Counted from the first letter of the stretch, positions 30,664-40,655 are shown. The stretch: DNA of 64,000 nt from Candidatus Latescibacterota bacterium (GCA_965248435.1 OZ252100.1:3008001-3072000), one strand, 5' to 3'. The notes: generated by a model not told the origin, from the letters alone. Numbers and translations: made by a program.

Positions 30664-33024
30664 ATGTTCAACATTCAGTTTAAGAGATGGGCACTCGTCG
30701 GGCTGGTCGCGGCGGCGTGGCTGGCCGCGGAGGCGTTCAGCGCGTCGGCCCAGGTCAATATGGCTGCGGCCCGGCGCAACATGACCCGGTCCCACATGTG
30801 GTCGTCCTTCGCGAACAACGGCAGTTTTGGTCAAGCTAAGAGAATCAATATGGAGGGGATGTACAGTCACACTTATCCCGCCGTCGGGGTGGGCGCGGCC
30901 AGGTATCCAGACAGTGATTACTACTGGCACCAAAAGCCATCCGGCCAGGGCGGTGAAGCGCCCTACATCTCGCTCGGCAGGGCCTACGTCACCCTGACGA
31001 CCGTGGGGGGCGAGCAGTACGCTTCCTACGGCCCGTTTCGGGGGGGCACCGAAGATGTATTGCCCCACATCTACGACATCGAGAGCGGACCCGAGGCGAC
31101 CTGGGGCATCGACACCAAGGCGCCGGCGCGGTCCGCACTCCCTGGGGTGAGCATGTCCAACTGGTGGCCCGGGGCGACATCGCTGAAGGACAACTCTGCC
31201 ATAAGTACGGTGCCGTATGAGATCCACAACTACGACTACGGGGTCTACTCGTCCGTGCAGAATACGGCCGAGACGATCATGATCTCGGAGTGGGAGTCGA
31301 ACGAGCACGGCGGGGAGAACGTGCTGGTGGCCGTGCGCCGGGTGCTGGCCTGGAGCAACCAGGACCTGGACGACATGCTCATCTACGACACGGAGTGGAC
31401 GAACACGAGCAACCAGCTGATCACCGACGCCTACTTCGGGTTCATCCAAGCCCTCCACCTCAAGTCTTCGGGGCAGATCTGGCGGGGTAGCTATCACTAC
31501 GGCTGGCACAACTATGACGATGATGGCCCGAGTGAGTTCGACGACGGGTACGCCTGGTCGGAGGATCCGGGCTTCGCCGGCGACCCCAATTTCGTCGGGA
31601 GGTTTTGGGCCGTGCAGTGGGACGGGAACGACCCGTTTACGCCAGACGACGACACGGGCGACCCCTTCTTTTTGAACCTGTGTACGTCTCAGGGATGCTC
31701 TCCGGGCTTCCTGAACGCGGCGAAACGTCCGGATGGCATGCCCCAAAGCCCGGAATACGTCGGATACGGGCCCCTGGCCTGGCGGGGAAGCGGCACGGGC
31801 GCCTGGAACGCGGTGGACGCGGCGGTCGGCTACGTGGAGGCGCAGGGCGACCCGCTCTACCACTACTGGGCGGTGGACCGCTCTAGAGTCGAGGCAGATC
31901 CGGCGGGCTCCGATGTAAGAGGAACTGGGCCGTCAACCCATGAGGCCAGATACGCCGCCTGGACCGCGGAGAGTCACACTCCGCCGGCGTTGCCGGCTTT
32001 GGGCACGACCGACATTATGTTCGGGCCCTACACGCTGAACCCCGGGGACAAGGTGAAGCTGGTGCTGGCCCACATCGCTGGGACGGGCTCCCACGTGACG
32101 ACGAATTCGGCCAACGGCTATCCGCAGGACCCGAACGACTGGGCGTGGAATCTCGGCTTGAGCACGCCCACGCACAACGACACGCCGGCCCGCAACGCCG
32201 AGCTGGCCAAGGGCTGGCAGGGGCTGTGGACGAACATTAGCCACGCGCAGTTCGCCTACTCCAACGAGTGGCAGGTCCCCACCACCCCGCCTGACGTGGA
32301 TTTCCAAATTGGCAGCAACCTCGCCGCGCAGACCCGGATCAGCTGGACCGGGAAGGCGGAGAGCGCGATCAACCCGGACTACGGGACGGCCGACGTGACG
32401 ACCTACCGGGTCTACGCGTCGGAATATTCGGAAGCCGGGCCCTGGATCCTGAAGGGCACCGTCCCGGCCACGGGGGCGAGCTCCTATACCTGGGACGACA
32501 CGGAGTCGCTGGCCGGGTTCAGCAGGTTCTACAACGTCCGATCCGTGGCCTCAGGGCATTCGAACTGGAGCGAGGGGACGATGACGCTGGCCGATCTGCC
32601 CGCGCAGATGGCGTCTCACGTGACCGGCGGGTTGGAGGGCGGCTACTCGGCGCCTGAACAGCGTACTTTCAAAAACATCACGCCGAGCCAGCCCGCCGAC
32701 CCGAAGAGCGACAACCTGGAGCTTCAGGTCCGCGTGGTGCCCAACCCCCTGAACATCAATGCGGACGACCAGAACTACAACGGTGAACTCAAGATGCGGT
32801 TCGTGGGGATCCCGAGCCACGCCAAGATCTCGATCTACAGCGTCGGAGGCGACCTAGTCTCGAGGGTCTTCCACAACAATCCGGAGTCGGGTGAGGTCGA
32901 GTTCAGGCTGCTGAACAGCACGCTCAGCGGCCAGATCTTTTCCGGCGTCTACGTCTGGGTGGTGGAAAGCCTGCTTTCCTCGGGCGGGAAGACGCAGAGC
33001 GGATACCTGGTGATCCACAGGTAA
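30664..33024 (+). CDS. Secreted protein with T9SS type-A-like C-terminal sorting domain
   Basis: Signal peptide, FGPYTLNPGDKVKLV core, FN3-like segment, VRVVPNP...ISIYSVGGDLV...SGVYVW...GYLVIHR tail. Confidence 0.8.
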   Translation: MFNIQFKRWALVGLVAAAWLAAEAFSASAQVNMAAARRNMTRSHMWSSFANNGSFGQAKRINMEGMYSHTYPAVGVGAARYPDSDYYWHQKPSGQGGEAPYISLGRAYVTLTTVGGEQYASYGPFRGGTEDVLPHIYDIESGPEATWGIDTKAPARSALPGVSMSNWWPGATSLKDNSAISTVPYEIHNYDYGVYSSVQNTAETIMISEWESNEHGGENVLVAVRRVLAWSNQDLDDMLIYDTEWTNTSNQLITDAYFGFIQALHLKSSGQIWRGSYHYGWHNYDDDGPSEFDDGYAWSEDPGFAGDPNFVGRFWAVQWDGNDPFTPDDDTGDPFFLNLCTSQGCSPGFLNAAKRPDGMPQSPEYVGYGPLAWRGSGTGAWNAVDAAVGYVEAQGDPLYHYWAVDRSRVEADPAGSDVRGTGPSTHEARYAAWTAESHTPPALPALGTTDIMFGPYTLNPGDKVKLVLAHIAGTGSHVTTNSANGYPQDPNDWAWNLGLSTPTHNDTPARNAELAKGWQGLWTNISHAQFAYSNEWQVPTTPPDVDFQIGSNLAAQTRISWTGKAESAINPDYGTADVTTYRVYASEYSEAGPWILKGTVPATGASSYTWDDTESLAGFSRFYNVRSVASGHSNWSEGTMTLADLPAQMASHVTGGLEGGYSAPEQRTFKNITPSQPADPKSDNLELQVRVVPNPLNINADDQNYNGELKMRFVGIPSHAKISIYSVGGDLVSRVFHNNPESGEVEFRLLNSTLSGQIFSGVYVWVVESLLSSGGKTQSGYLVIHR

Positions 33025-33059
33025 GACACGAACACTTTTATTACAGAGGAAGACACGCG

Positions 33060-34067
33060 ATGAAATGCATTGTATGCAGTCTGTCGGTCCTGGTGTTCGC
33101 TGCGGCTGTGGTTCCGCAGGTGTCGGCACAGCTGCCCATCGAGACCCAGGGGACGATCGTAAGCGATAAAAACTTCGAGGACATTGACCGGTTCAATAGG
33201 CAGGTGCCGAGCGCGTTCCACTTCCTGAAGATCGCGCCGACCGCCCGGGTGGCCGGGATGGGTGGAGCCTACACCGCAGTGGCCAACGGGATGGACGCCA
33301 TCTTCTACAACCCGGCCGGCATCGCCACGATCGAGCGGTTTGGATGGGCCTTCGGGTATACGGATTGGTTCCTGGATATGAAGTTCTACTCGGCCGCGGT
33401 CGCGATCAACACCAACTACGGTGTGATAGGGCTCTCGGTGCTCAGCCTCGAGTTCCCGGACGTGGAGCAGACCACGGGCCTCAGGCCTCAGGGCACGGGC
33501 CAGATACTGGACTTGGGCGACACGGCCATCGGGTTCCATTATGCCTATCGGATGACCGACAAGATGTCTGCGGGCATTCAGCTGCGCTACGCGAAGTCCA
33601 AGCTGGGTCTGGACCAGGACCTCACCGGGTGGCTGTTCAGCGCCGGGACGGTGATGCACACCGGGTTCGAAAGCGTCCGGATTGGGATGGGCATCAAGAA
33701 CCTGGGTGGGAACATCAGCGTGATCGGCGAAAACGAGTCGCGGATGCCCGCGATCTTCCATCTGGGCCTATCCGGGGAGGTCATGGGTAACCTGGGCGAC
33801 CCGGTCTCCCTGACGGCCTCCTTCGAGGGCTCCTACCACTCGGACTCCAACCAGCGCTATCACGCGGGCGCGGAGCTCTGGCTGAGCGAAATGCTCGCTA
33901 TACGCGCCGGGTACCAGTTCAAGTATGACGCGCAGAGCTGGAGCGCCGGCGCAGGGGTCAGGGGAAACTTCCAGGGCCGCAGCATTTCGGCTGACGTTTC
34001 CTATTCTGAACTGACCAGCCTGCTCGACCACAAGCCGATTCGGTTTACGGTGAGCGGTTTGTTCTAG
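33060..34067 (+). CDS. PorV/PorQ-family outer-membrane barrel
   Basis: FLKIAPTARVAGMGGAYTAVA..AIFYNPAG and terminal Phe. Confidence 0.88.
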   Translation: MKCIVCSLSVLVFAAAVVPQVSAQLPIETQGTIVSDKNFEDIDRFNRQVPSAFHFLKIAPTARVAGMGGAYTAVANGMDAIFYNPAGIATIERFGWAFGYTDWFLDMKFYSAAVAINTNYGVIGLSVLSLEFPDVEQTTGLRPQGTGQILDLGDTAIGFHYAYRMTDKMSAGIQLRYAKSKLGLDQDLTGWLFSAGTVMHTGFESVRIGMGIKNLGGNISVIGENESRMPAIFHLGLSGEVMGNLGDPVSLTASFEGSYHSDSNQRYHAGAELWLSEMLAIRAGYQFKYDAQSWSAGAGVRGNFQGRSISADVSYSELTSLLDHKPIRFTVSGLF

Positions 34068-34120
34068 ACAACCCATAAATAAACGGCGCACGGCCAATAG
34101 CCGGGCGCGTCACCGCTTGT

Positions 34121-34157
34121 AAAGCCGCCCGGAGAGTGCACGCTCCGGGCGGCTTTC
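34121..34157 (+). terminator. Intrinsic terminator
   Basis: AAAGCCGCCCGGAG / CTCCGGGCGGCTTT stem. Confidence 0.75.
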
Positions 34158-34211
34158 TGGTTGTCCTATCACCCGTTGTGGATAGGCATTATCTTGAAGG
34201 CCTGTAAAGGG

Positions 34212-34275
34212 CCGGGTACCGGTAAAGATCGGGTACCGGGATTCGGGTACCGGGTACCGCAAAAACAGTACTGGG
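34212..34275 (+). repeat. CGGGTAC tract upstream of four-helix-bundle gene 2
   Basis: Four GGGTACC units. Confidence 0.8.
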
Positions 34276-34281
34276 CGAGAT

Positions 34282-34644
34282 ATGGGTATAAAGAGCTACA
34301 AGGACTTGGATGTATGGAACAAAGGCATTGAGATTGTAGACCTCGTGTATGATATCACGGCTAAGTTTCCAAAAGAAGAAAAATATGGGTTAGCAGCGCA
34401 TATGCAAAAAGCGGCGATATCGATACCATCCAATATTGCGGAGGGTCATGCTCGTCAGCATACCAGAGAGTATCAACAGTTCTGTCACATCGCCCTGGGT
34501 TCGTGTGCTGAATTGGCAACACAGTTGACCATCGCCCAGCGACGAAATTATCTTTCAAATGATGACTTTGTGAAATTGGAGGAAGATTTGGACCATGAGG
34601 GTCGCATGCTCCAAAACCTAGTAAAGGGTCTGAAGAAGGATTAA
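34282..34644 (+). CDS. Four-helix-bundle protein, copy 2
   Basis: Same signature as copy 1. Confidence 0.92.
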   Translation: MGIKSYKDLDVWNKGIEIVDLVYDITAKFPKEEKYGLAAHMQKAAISIPSNIAEGHARQHTREYQQFCHIALGSCAELATQLTIAQRRNYLSNDDFVKLEEDLDHEGRMLQNLVKGLKKD

Positions 34645-34692
34645 AGCCAGTGCAGAATCTCAGTTCTCAAATAGGGTAATGGTTTTTTCGAA

Positions 34693-34720
34693 CCCCGATC
34701 CCCGGTACCCGAAATCGGGT
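34693..34720 (-). repeat. Inverted repeat plus ACCCGA-TCGGGT hairpin
   Basis: ccccgatccccggtacccgaaatcgggt. Confidence 0.75.
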
Positions 34721-34758
34721 CACAGATCACTTGATTTGGTAGTGAGGAGGATGATTCA

Positions 34759-36282
34759 ATGAGGGTTCAGGTTCCAGGCTCGGAGCAGGTGATCAACATC
34801 GGAACGCGCAAGCAGCTGTTTGTGGATGACCACATCATCGAGACGACGCGATGGATATCGCCCCGCTCGTGTGAGACTGCGCGATGGCTGCAGCCTCCCG
34901 CGCGTCCACGTACGGACCTGGATGGATGGAGCGAAGGGGTCGATCGGATCGAGGCGGACATTCCGGGGCACCTGTTGAGGGCGACGGCGTTCGTGACCCA
35001 AATCATCAATCAGCCCGAGCGCTACGAGGGCAATCCGATCATGGCGAAGGAACGGCCCTGGGAGGGGGAGTCCGGCCCCTGGCCGAGCGGCATCACCTAC
35101 GACGAAGAGGACGAGATCTGGAAGATGTGGTACCTGGGCCTGACCCACGAAGACGAGGGCCGAAGGCACGTCTATAATTGCATGTACGCGACTTCGGAGG
35201 ATGGGATTACTTGGGACCGGCCCGAACTGGGCCTGGTGAAAGACAGCGCGGGCAACAACACGAACATCGTTCACGAGGGCAAAGCCCAGTTCGCCTTCAA
35301 GGATCCGAGGGCCGGTGATCCTTCCAGGCGATACAAGATGGGGCGGTCCATGGCCTCCAAGGAGGGGCTGCAGCATCCGATGGTCTATTATTCGCCGGAC
35401 GGCATCCACTGGACGCCCGACCCGGGGCCGTTCAGCCACAATCGGGGCGATGAAACCCTGTCTGTGATGTACGACCCGCAAAGCAAAAAGTACCTGGGAT
35501 TCTGCCGCAACCGATATCCCAAGCCGACGCTCCGTCACCGGACCGAGCGGTCGCTCCTGAGGATTCAGAGCAACGACCTGGTCCACTGGTCGATGTCGGA
35601 GCCGATCCTCGACAAGGATTCACTGGACCCGTTCGATACGGACTTTTATGGCATGAGGGGAACGTTCTACGAGAGCATGTACCTCGGCTTCGTGAATGTA
35701 CATCACACCGCGAAAGACGATTTCGACATCTGGCTCGCTTACAGCAGAGACAGCTTCCACTGGGAGCGGATCAGAACCGGTCCTTTTTTGCCTCTGGGAC
35801 CGGAAGGGAGCTGGGACTGGGGCATGGTATCGGCGGTTCAAGAGCCGATTCGGCAGAATGATGAGCTCTGGTTCTACTACACGGGGGTGGACGGGCTGCA
35901 CGATGCGCAGGGCAAGGCGGCCGGCCTAGGATTGGCCAAGCTGCGCCTGGACGGCTTCGTGTCGATCGATGCGTTTGAGAATACACACCGGACGAAGAAC
36001 TACCCGCCAACGTTGCTTACCAAACCGCTCTATTCCCCGGGCAACCGCCTGGAGGTGAACGTGGATGCCTCAAAGGGGTTCATCGAGGCCGAGCTGTTGA
36101 ACGTGGACGGATATCCGATAGAGGGCTATTCGAATGAGGACTGCGACACCTTTAAGGGGGACAGCCTGACGCACACGTTTAGCTGGAAAGGGAAGTCGGA
36201 TATCGGAGATCAAATTCCGGTAAGGATTCGGTTTACGATGAATAACGCGAAGCTTTACGCCTTGCAGATTCCTAAAGGGTAA
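34759..36282 (+). CDS. Beta-propeller glycoside hydrolase-like protein, paralog C
   Basis: Full-length homolog of paralog B with GAGGAG RBS. Confidence 0.8.
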   Translation: MRVQVPGSEQVINIGTRKQLFVDDHIIETTRWISPRSCETARWLQPPARPRTDLDGWSEGVDRIEADIPGHLLRATAFVTQIINQPERYEGNPIMAKERPWEGESGPWPSGITYDEEDEIWKMWYLGLTHEDEGRRHVYNCMYATSEDGITWDRPELGLVKDSAGNNTNIVHEGKAQFAFKDPRAGDPSRRYKMGRSMASKEGLQHPMVYYSPDGIHWTPDPGPFSHNRGDETLSVMYDPQSKKYLGFCRNRYPKPTLRHRTERSLLRIQSNDLVHWSMSEPILDKDSLDPFDTDFYGMRGTFYESMYLGFVNVHHTAKDDFDIWLAYSRDSFHWERIRTGPFLPLGPEGSWDWGMVSAVQEPIRQNDELWFYYTGVDGLHDAQGKAAGLGLAKLRLDGFVSIDAFENTHRTKNYPPTLLTKPLYSPGNRLEVNVDASKGFIEAELLNVDGYPIEGYSNEDCDTFKGDSLTHTFSWKGKSDIGDQIPVRIRFTMNNAKLYALQIPKG

Positions 36283-36286
36283 AGAT

Positions 36287-36334
36287 TGGGTACCGGGAAA
36301 GCAGAACACGGGTACCGGGAAAGAAAAACACGGG
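36287..36334 (+). repeat. CGGGTAC tract upstream of four-helix-bundle gene 3
   Basis: gggtaccggg..aacacgggtaccggg..aaaacacggg. Confidence 0.8.
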
Positions 36335-36336
36335 AT

Positions 36337-37955
36337 ATGACAGTAAACAGCTACAAGGACCTGGATGTGTGGAACAAGGGTATCGAAATCGTGGATCATG
36401 TATATGAGGTCACGTCTCAGTTTCCGAAGGAGGAGACGTACGGCTTAGCTGCGCACATGCGAAAAAAACGGCAATATCCGTACCATCGAATATTGCAGAA
36501 GGCCATGCACGACAACATACCAGAGAGTATCAGCAGTTCTGCCATACCGCGCTAGTGAACCAACAAGTTAGAGACGCGGTATAAAGACCTGTACTTTTGA
36601 GCAGTTTTGACGTACGCTCTCTGTACCTCCCCTGAAAAGGAACAAGGAGAGCGAAGTGCCGAAGAAAAAATACATCGTGACGCTGACAGCCGAGGAGCGG
36701 TCATATCTGCGTGGTCTGATCAGCAAAGGCAAAACAGCAGCTCTGAATCCTTTTGAAGACCGATCAGGGGCCGGAGGGCAAACACTGGACCGACGAAGAG
36801 ATCCAGCACGCCCTCGACGTCCATCCCAGCACCGTCGAACGACTTCGCAAACGGTTCGTCGAGGAAGGCCTGGAAGCAGCCCTCAAGCGCAAAGAACAGA
36901 AGAACCGGAAGGCGAAGAAGATCGATGGCGAATCGGAGGCTCACCTCGTCGCTTTGGCGTGCAGCCAGCCGCCGGAGGGACGAAAGCGGTGGACCCTCAA
37001 ACTGCTGGCAGACCAACTGGTCACATTAGAGATCGTCGACAGCGTCAGCCCTGAGACGGTGCGCCAGACGCTAAAAAAAACTCGTTGAAGCCGTGGCGGA
37101 AGGAGATGTGGTGTTTGCCGGGTGCCCCCAGCGCCGAATTCGTCTGCGCGATGGAAGACGTGCTGGATGTCTATACCCGGCCGCATGATCCGAGACATCC
37201 CACGGTGTGCTTGGACGAAACAAGCAAGCAGCTGGTGGGAGAAGTTCAGGAACCCCTGCCGGTGGCTCCTGGAAAGCCGGCCCGTTTTGACCACCATTAT
37301 GTCCGCAATGGTGTGGCGAATCTGTTCATGCTGCTGGAGCCTCTGACCGGACGTTGCCGGGTCAAGGTGACGCAACGTCGCACCAAGCGAGATTGGGCTG
37401 TGGTTATGAAAGACCTTGTGGATCACCATTATCCTGACGCCGATGCCATTACCCTGGTTGTGGACAACCTGAATACTCATCACAAAGCCGCATTGTACGA
37501 AGTCTTCGCGCCAGAGGAAGCGAAACGGATCGCAGACAAGATCGATATTCATTTCACACCCAAGCGCGGAAGTTGGCTCAACATCGCTGAAATCGGTCTG
37601 AACGTTCTCTATCGTCAGTGTCTCGATCGACGCATCTCTACCATCCAACAACTCGGGAAGGAAGTGAATGCCTGGCTCACAGAACGGGATCAGAATCCAC
37701 CGATCGTCAACTGGCGCTTCACCACCAAAGATGCACGCATCAAGCTGAAGCGCCTTTATCCCGCACTGCTACCTGGGTGAACCACTAGGTTCGTGTGCAG
37801 AATTGGTGACGCAGTTAACCATTGCAGAGCGACGAAGATACTTGTCTGACGACGACTTCACGAAATTGGAGGACGAATTGGACCACGAGAGTCGAATGCT
37901 CCAGAATTTGATTCGGAGTCTAAAGGACAAATCGAGCAAGGAATCTCAATTATGA
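36337..37955 (+). pseudogene. Four-helix-bundle protein, copy 3, interrupted by IS630 and frameshifted at an A7 run (~36462)
   Basis: MTVNSYKDLDVW... up to 36554, resuming GSCAELVTQL...KDKSSKESQL* from 37788. Confidence 0.9.
36555..37785 (+). mobile_element. IS630-family insertion sequence
   Basis: TA duplicated at 36553-4 and 37786-7. HTH ORF (PPEGRKRWTL.LLA), A8 slip site at ~37073, DDE ORF 37085-37780 (DETSKQL, DNLNTH, SWLNIAE). The N-terminus is broken at ~36742. Confidence 0.92.
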
Positions 37956-37979
37956 AATCAGACAGATTGGTTCTTCGAA

Positions 37980-38014
37980 CCCCGGTACCCGGTACCCGGT
38001 ACCCGAGATCGGGT
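37980..38014 (-). repeat. Inverted (GTACCCG)3 plus hairpin
   Basis: cccggtacccggtacccggtacccgagatcgggt. Confidence 0.85.
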
Positions 38015-38054
38015 AACAGATCACGCAATTCCGGTAACAAGGAGGGATGAAACC

Positions 38055-39560
38055 ATGAAGCTACAGATTCCTGGCTCAGACCTGATCGTGAATGTCGGGA
38101 CGCGGAAGCAGCTGTTCTTCGACGATTACATCCTTGAAACGACGCGGTGGATCTGTCCGCGGCATTCCGAAACAGGTCGGTTTCTCCAGCCACCGGGGCG
38201 CAGTACCCGAACCGATCTGGATGGATGGAGCGAGGGGGTGGACCGGATCGAGGGAGACGTGCCGGGGCACCTCCTGAGGGCGACGGCGTTCGTGACCCGG
38301 ACCGTGAATCAGCCCGAACGGTACGAGGGGAATCCGATTATGGTGAAGACGGAGCCGTGGGAAAAGGACGCGCCGCATCCGTGTAAGATCTTCTACGACG
38401 AGGAAGACGGGATCTGGAAGATGTGGTACCTCGGCCTCAAGGACCACATTACACACCAGTATTTTCTGATGTATGCCACATCAGAGGACGGGATTGAATG
38501 GGTGAAGCCGAAGCTCGGGCTGGTGAAGGACGAGGCTGGGAATGACACGAATATGATTATTGACGGCAAGTTCACGACCGTTTACAAGGATCTTGAAGCC
38601 GATCCTTCCAGGCGCTACAAGATGGGGGGGTCGAGGCGAACGGATGGCGTGCAGCATCCGACGCTTTACCATTCGCCCGACGGTTTCCACTGGACGCCGG
38701 ACCCGGGGCCTTTCAGTGACACTCGCGGAGATGAAAACTTCGGATTTATGTATGATCCGGAAAGCAAGAAGTTCCTCGCGTTCTGTCGGAACGTCTATCC
38801 CAAACCGATGCTGGTTCACAGGGTAGAGCGAAGGGTGTACCGGATGCAGAGCAACGATCTGCTGCACTGGACGATGTCAGAGCCCGTCATCCAGAAGGAC
38901 GAACTGGATCCGCCCGATACGGACTTCTACGGCCTGGGATGCATGTTTTACGAGAGCATTTACGTTGGATTCGTGTCGGTCCACCAGACCGCGATAGACG
39001 ACTTTAAGACCTGGCTGGCCTTCAGCAGAGACAGCTTCAACTGGCATCGACTCAGGAGCCGGCCGTTCCTTCCTTTGGGACCCGAGGGCAGCTGGGAGTG
39101 GGGCATGGTAGGGTGCGGTCCCCCGCACCGAGTGGGAGATGAACTCCGGTTCTACTATTCAGGGCGGGATGGGCTGCACGACCAGCAGGGCAAGAATACC
39201 GGGATCGGGATTGCCAATCTGCGTCTGGACGGGTTCGTGTCGATGGATACGTTCGAGAACAAGCATCGAACGAAGAACTATCCGCCGACGCTGATGACCA
39301 AACCGCTGTATTCTCCTGGGAATCGGCTCGTCGTGAACGCGGACGCGACAGACGGATTCATCGATGCGGAGCTATTGGACGTGGACGGGTATCCTATAGA
39401 GGGTTACTCGAAGGAGGACTGCGACACGTTCGAGGGAGACAGCCTGGCGCACACGTTTACCTGGAAAGGGAATCCGGATATCGGAGGGCGCCTTCCTGCC
39501 CGGGTTCGATTCACGTTGAATAACACGAAGCTTTATGCGCTGCAGATTCCCAAAGCGTAA
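38055..39560 (+). CDS. Beta-propeller glycoside hydrolase-like protein, paralog D
   Basis: Full-length homolog with AAGGAGG RBS. Confidence 0.8.
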   Translation: MKLQIPGSDLIVNVGTRKQLFFDDYILETTRWICPRHSETGRFLQPPGRSTRTDLDGWSEGVDRIEGDVPGHLLRATAFVTRTVNQPERYEGNPIMVKTEPWEKDAPHPCKIFYDEEDGIWKMWYLGLKDHITHQYFLMYATSEDGIEWVKPKLGLVKDEAGNDTNMIIDGKFTTVYKDLEADPSRRYKMGGSRRTDGVQHPTLYHSPDGFHWTPDPGPFSDTRGDENFGFMYDPESKKFLAFCRNVYPKPMLVHRVERRVYRMQSNDLLHWTMSEPVIQKDELDPPDTDFYGLGCMFYESIYVGFVSVHQTAIDDFKTWLAFSRDSFNWHRLRSRPFLPLGPEGSWEWGMVGCGPPHRVGDELRFYYSGRDGLHDQQGKNTGIGIANLRLDGFVSMDTFENKHRTKNYPPTLMTKPLYSPGNRLVVNADATDGFIDAELLDVDGYPIEGYSKEDCDTFEGDSLAHTFTWKGNPDIGGRLPARVRFTLNNTKLYALQIPKA

Positions 39561-39563
39561 GGG

Positions 39564-39927
39564 CCGGGTACCGGGAAGGCAAAACACGGGGATCGGGTAC
39601 CGCTAAAAGCGGGTGATAATTACCTCCTGATACTCGGGCTCGCCAACAGGAGTTGGCTCCTACCGTATCCATAACCTGATAATATTGGTGATTTCAAACG
39701 CTCGAGAATCCGGTAGGAGCCGTCCCCTCGACTCGCTTGCGCTCGCTCGGGACAGGCTCCGGATGGCGACCTCATCGCGGTGTTTGTCTCCGTCAACCGT
39801 AGGAGCCGCCTCTTCCCGCGTACGCGGGGACCAGCGAATAGTCAGTAAGGATAAATCCAGCGACGAATCTCAATCTTGAAAGGCCAAGATTGATGGTTCT
39901 TTCGAACCCCGGTACCCGAAATCAGGT
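39564..39927 (+). pseudogene. Relic of a fourth four-helix-bundle cassette
   Basis: Upstream CGGGTAC tract, REP-like filler, terminal KDKSSDESQS* (39847-39879, cf. KDKSSKESQL* of copy 3) and downstream inverted repeat 39907-39927. Confidence 0.7.
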
Positions 39928-39966
39928 AGAAGATACTCTGGTTCTGTTAGCAAGGAGGATATAGCT

Positions 39967-40224
39967 ATGAGGCTACAGGTTCCGGGTTCGGAGCTGATCG
40001 TGAACATCGGCACTCGCAAGCAGCTGTTTGTGGATGACCACATCATCGAGACGACGCGATGGGTGTCGCCCCGGCTTTCCGAGACGGCCCGATGGGTCCA
40101 GCCTCCTGCTCGTCCTCGTGCGGACCTCGATGGATGGAGCGAAGGGGTCGACCGGATCGAGGGAGACGTGCCTGGACACCTGCTGAGGGCGACCGCGTTC
40201 GTGACCCGGACCGTGAATCAGCCT
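39967..40224 (+). pseudogene. Glycoside hydrolase-like paralog E, N-terminal 86 aa only
   Basis: Closely matches the N-termini of C and D up to TVNQP, then fuses to a transposase. Confidence 0.85.
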
Positions 40225-40655
40225 ACGATCTGCAAGTTCCGGCACTTTCTGGAAGCACACGGGCTGACTGAAGCGTTGTTCGAGCAGGCCAAGTGCTATC
40301 TGTCCGAACGGGGCCTGATGGTGAGCGAAGGCACGATCGTGGACGCGACGATCATCCACGCGCCGTCGTCGACGAAGAACAGGGAACACAAGCGGGACCC
40401 GGAGATGGCCAGCACGAAGAAGGGCAACACCTGGCATTTCGGCATGAAGGCCCACGTGGGCAGCGATCCGAAGGGACGGGTGCACAGCGTGGCAACCACC
40501 CCCGCTTCGGTGCACGATTCCCAGGTGATGGCGGCCTGTCTGCACGGCGAGGAGAAGGTGATCTACGGCGACAAGGCCTATGCGGACCAGACGCGAAAAG
40601 AACGAGCCGAAGCAGACGATGTAGAATGGCGGGTGCTTCGCAAGGCCTACAGAAG
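40225..40655 (+). mobile_element. Internal fragment of IS5-family transposase
   Basis: TICKFRH.LE, GTIVDATII.APSSTKN, KKGN.WHFGMKAHVG and GDKAY. No IS ends. Confidence 0.85.

Noticed and set aside
14853-37955. Diversity-generating retroelement (four-helix-bundle genes as Avd)
   Set aside because: No reverse transcriptase and no TR/VR pair with adenine-specific mismatches; paralog differences are mostly ordinary synonymous changes.
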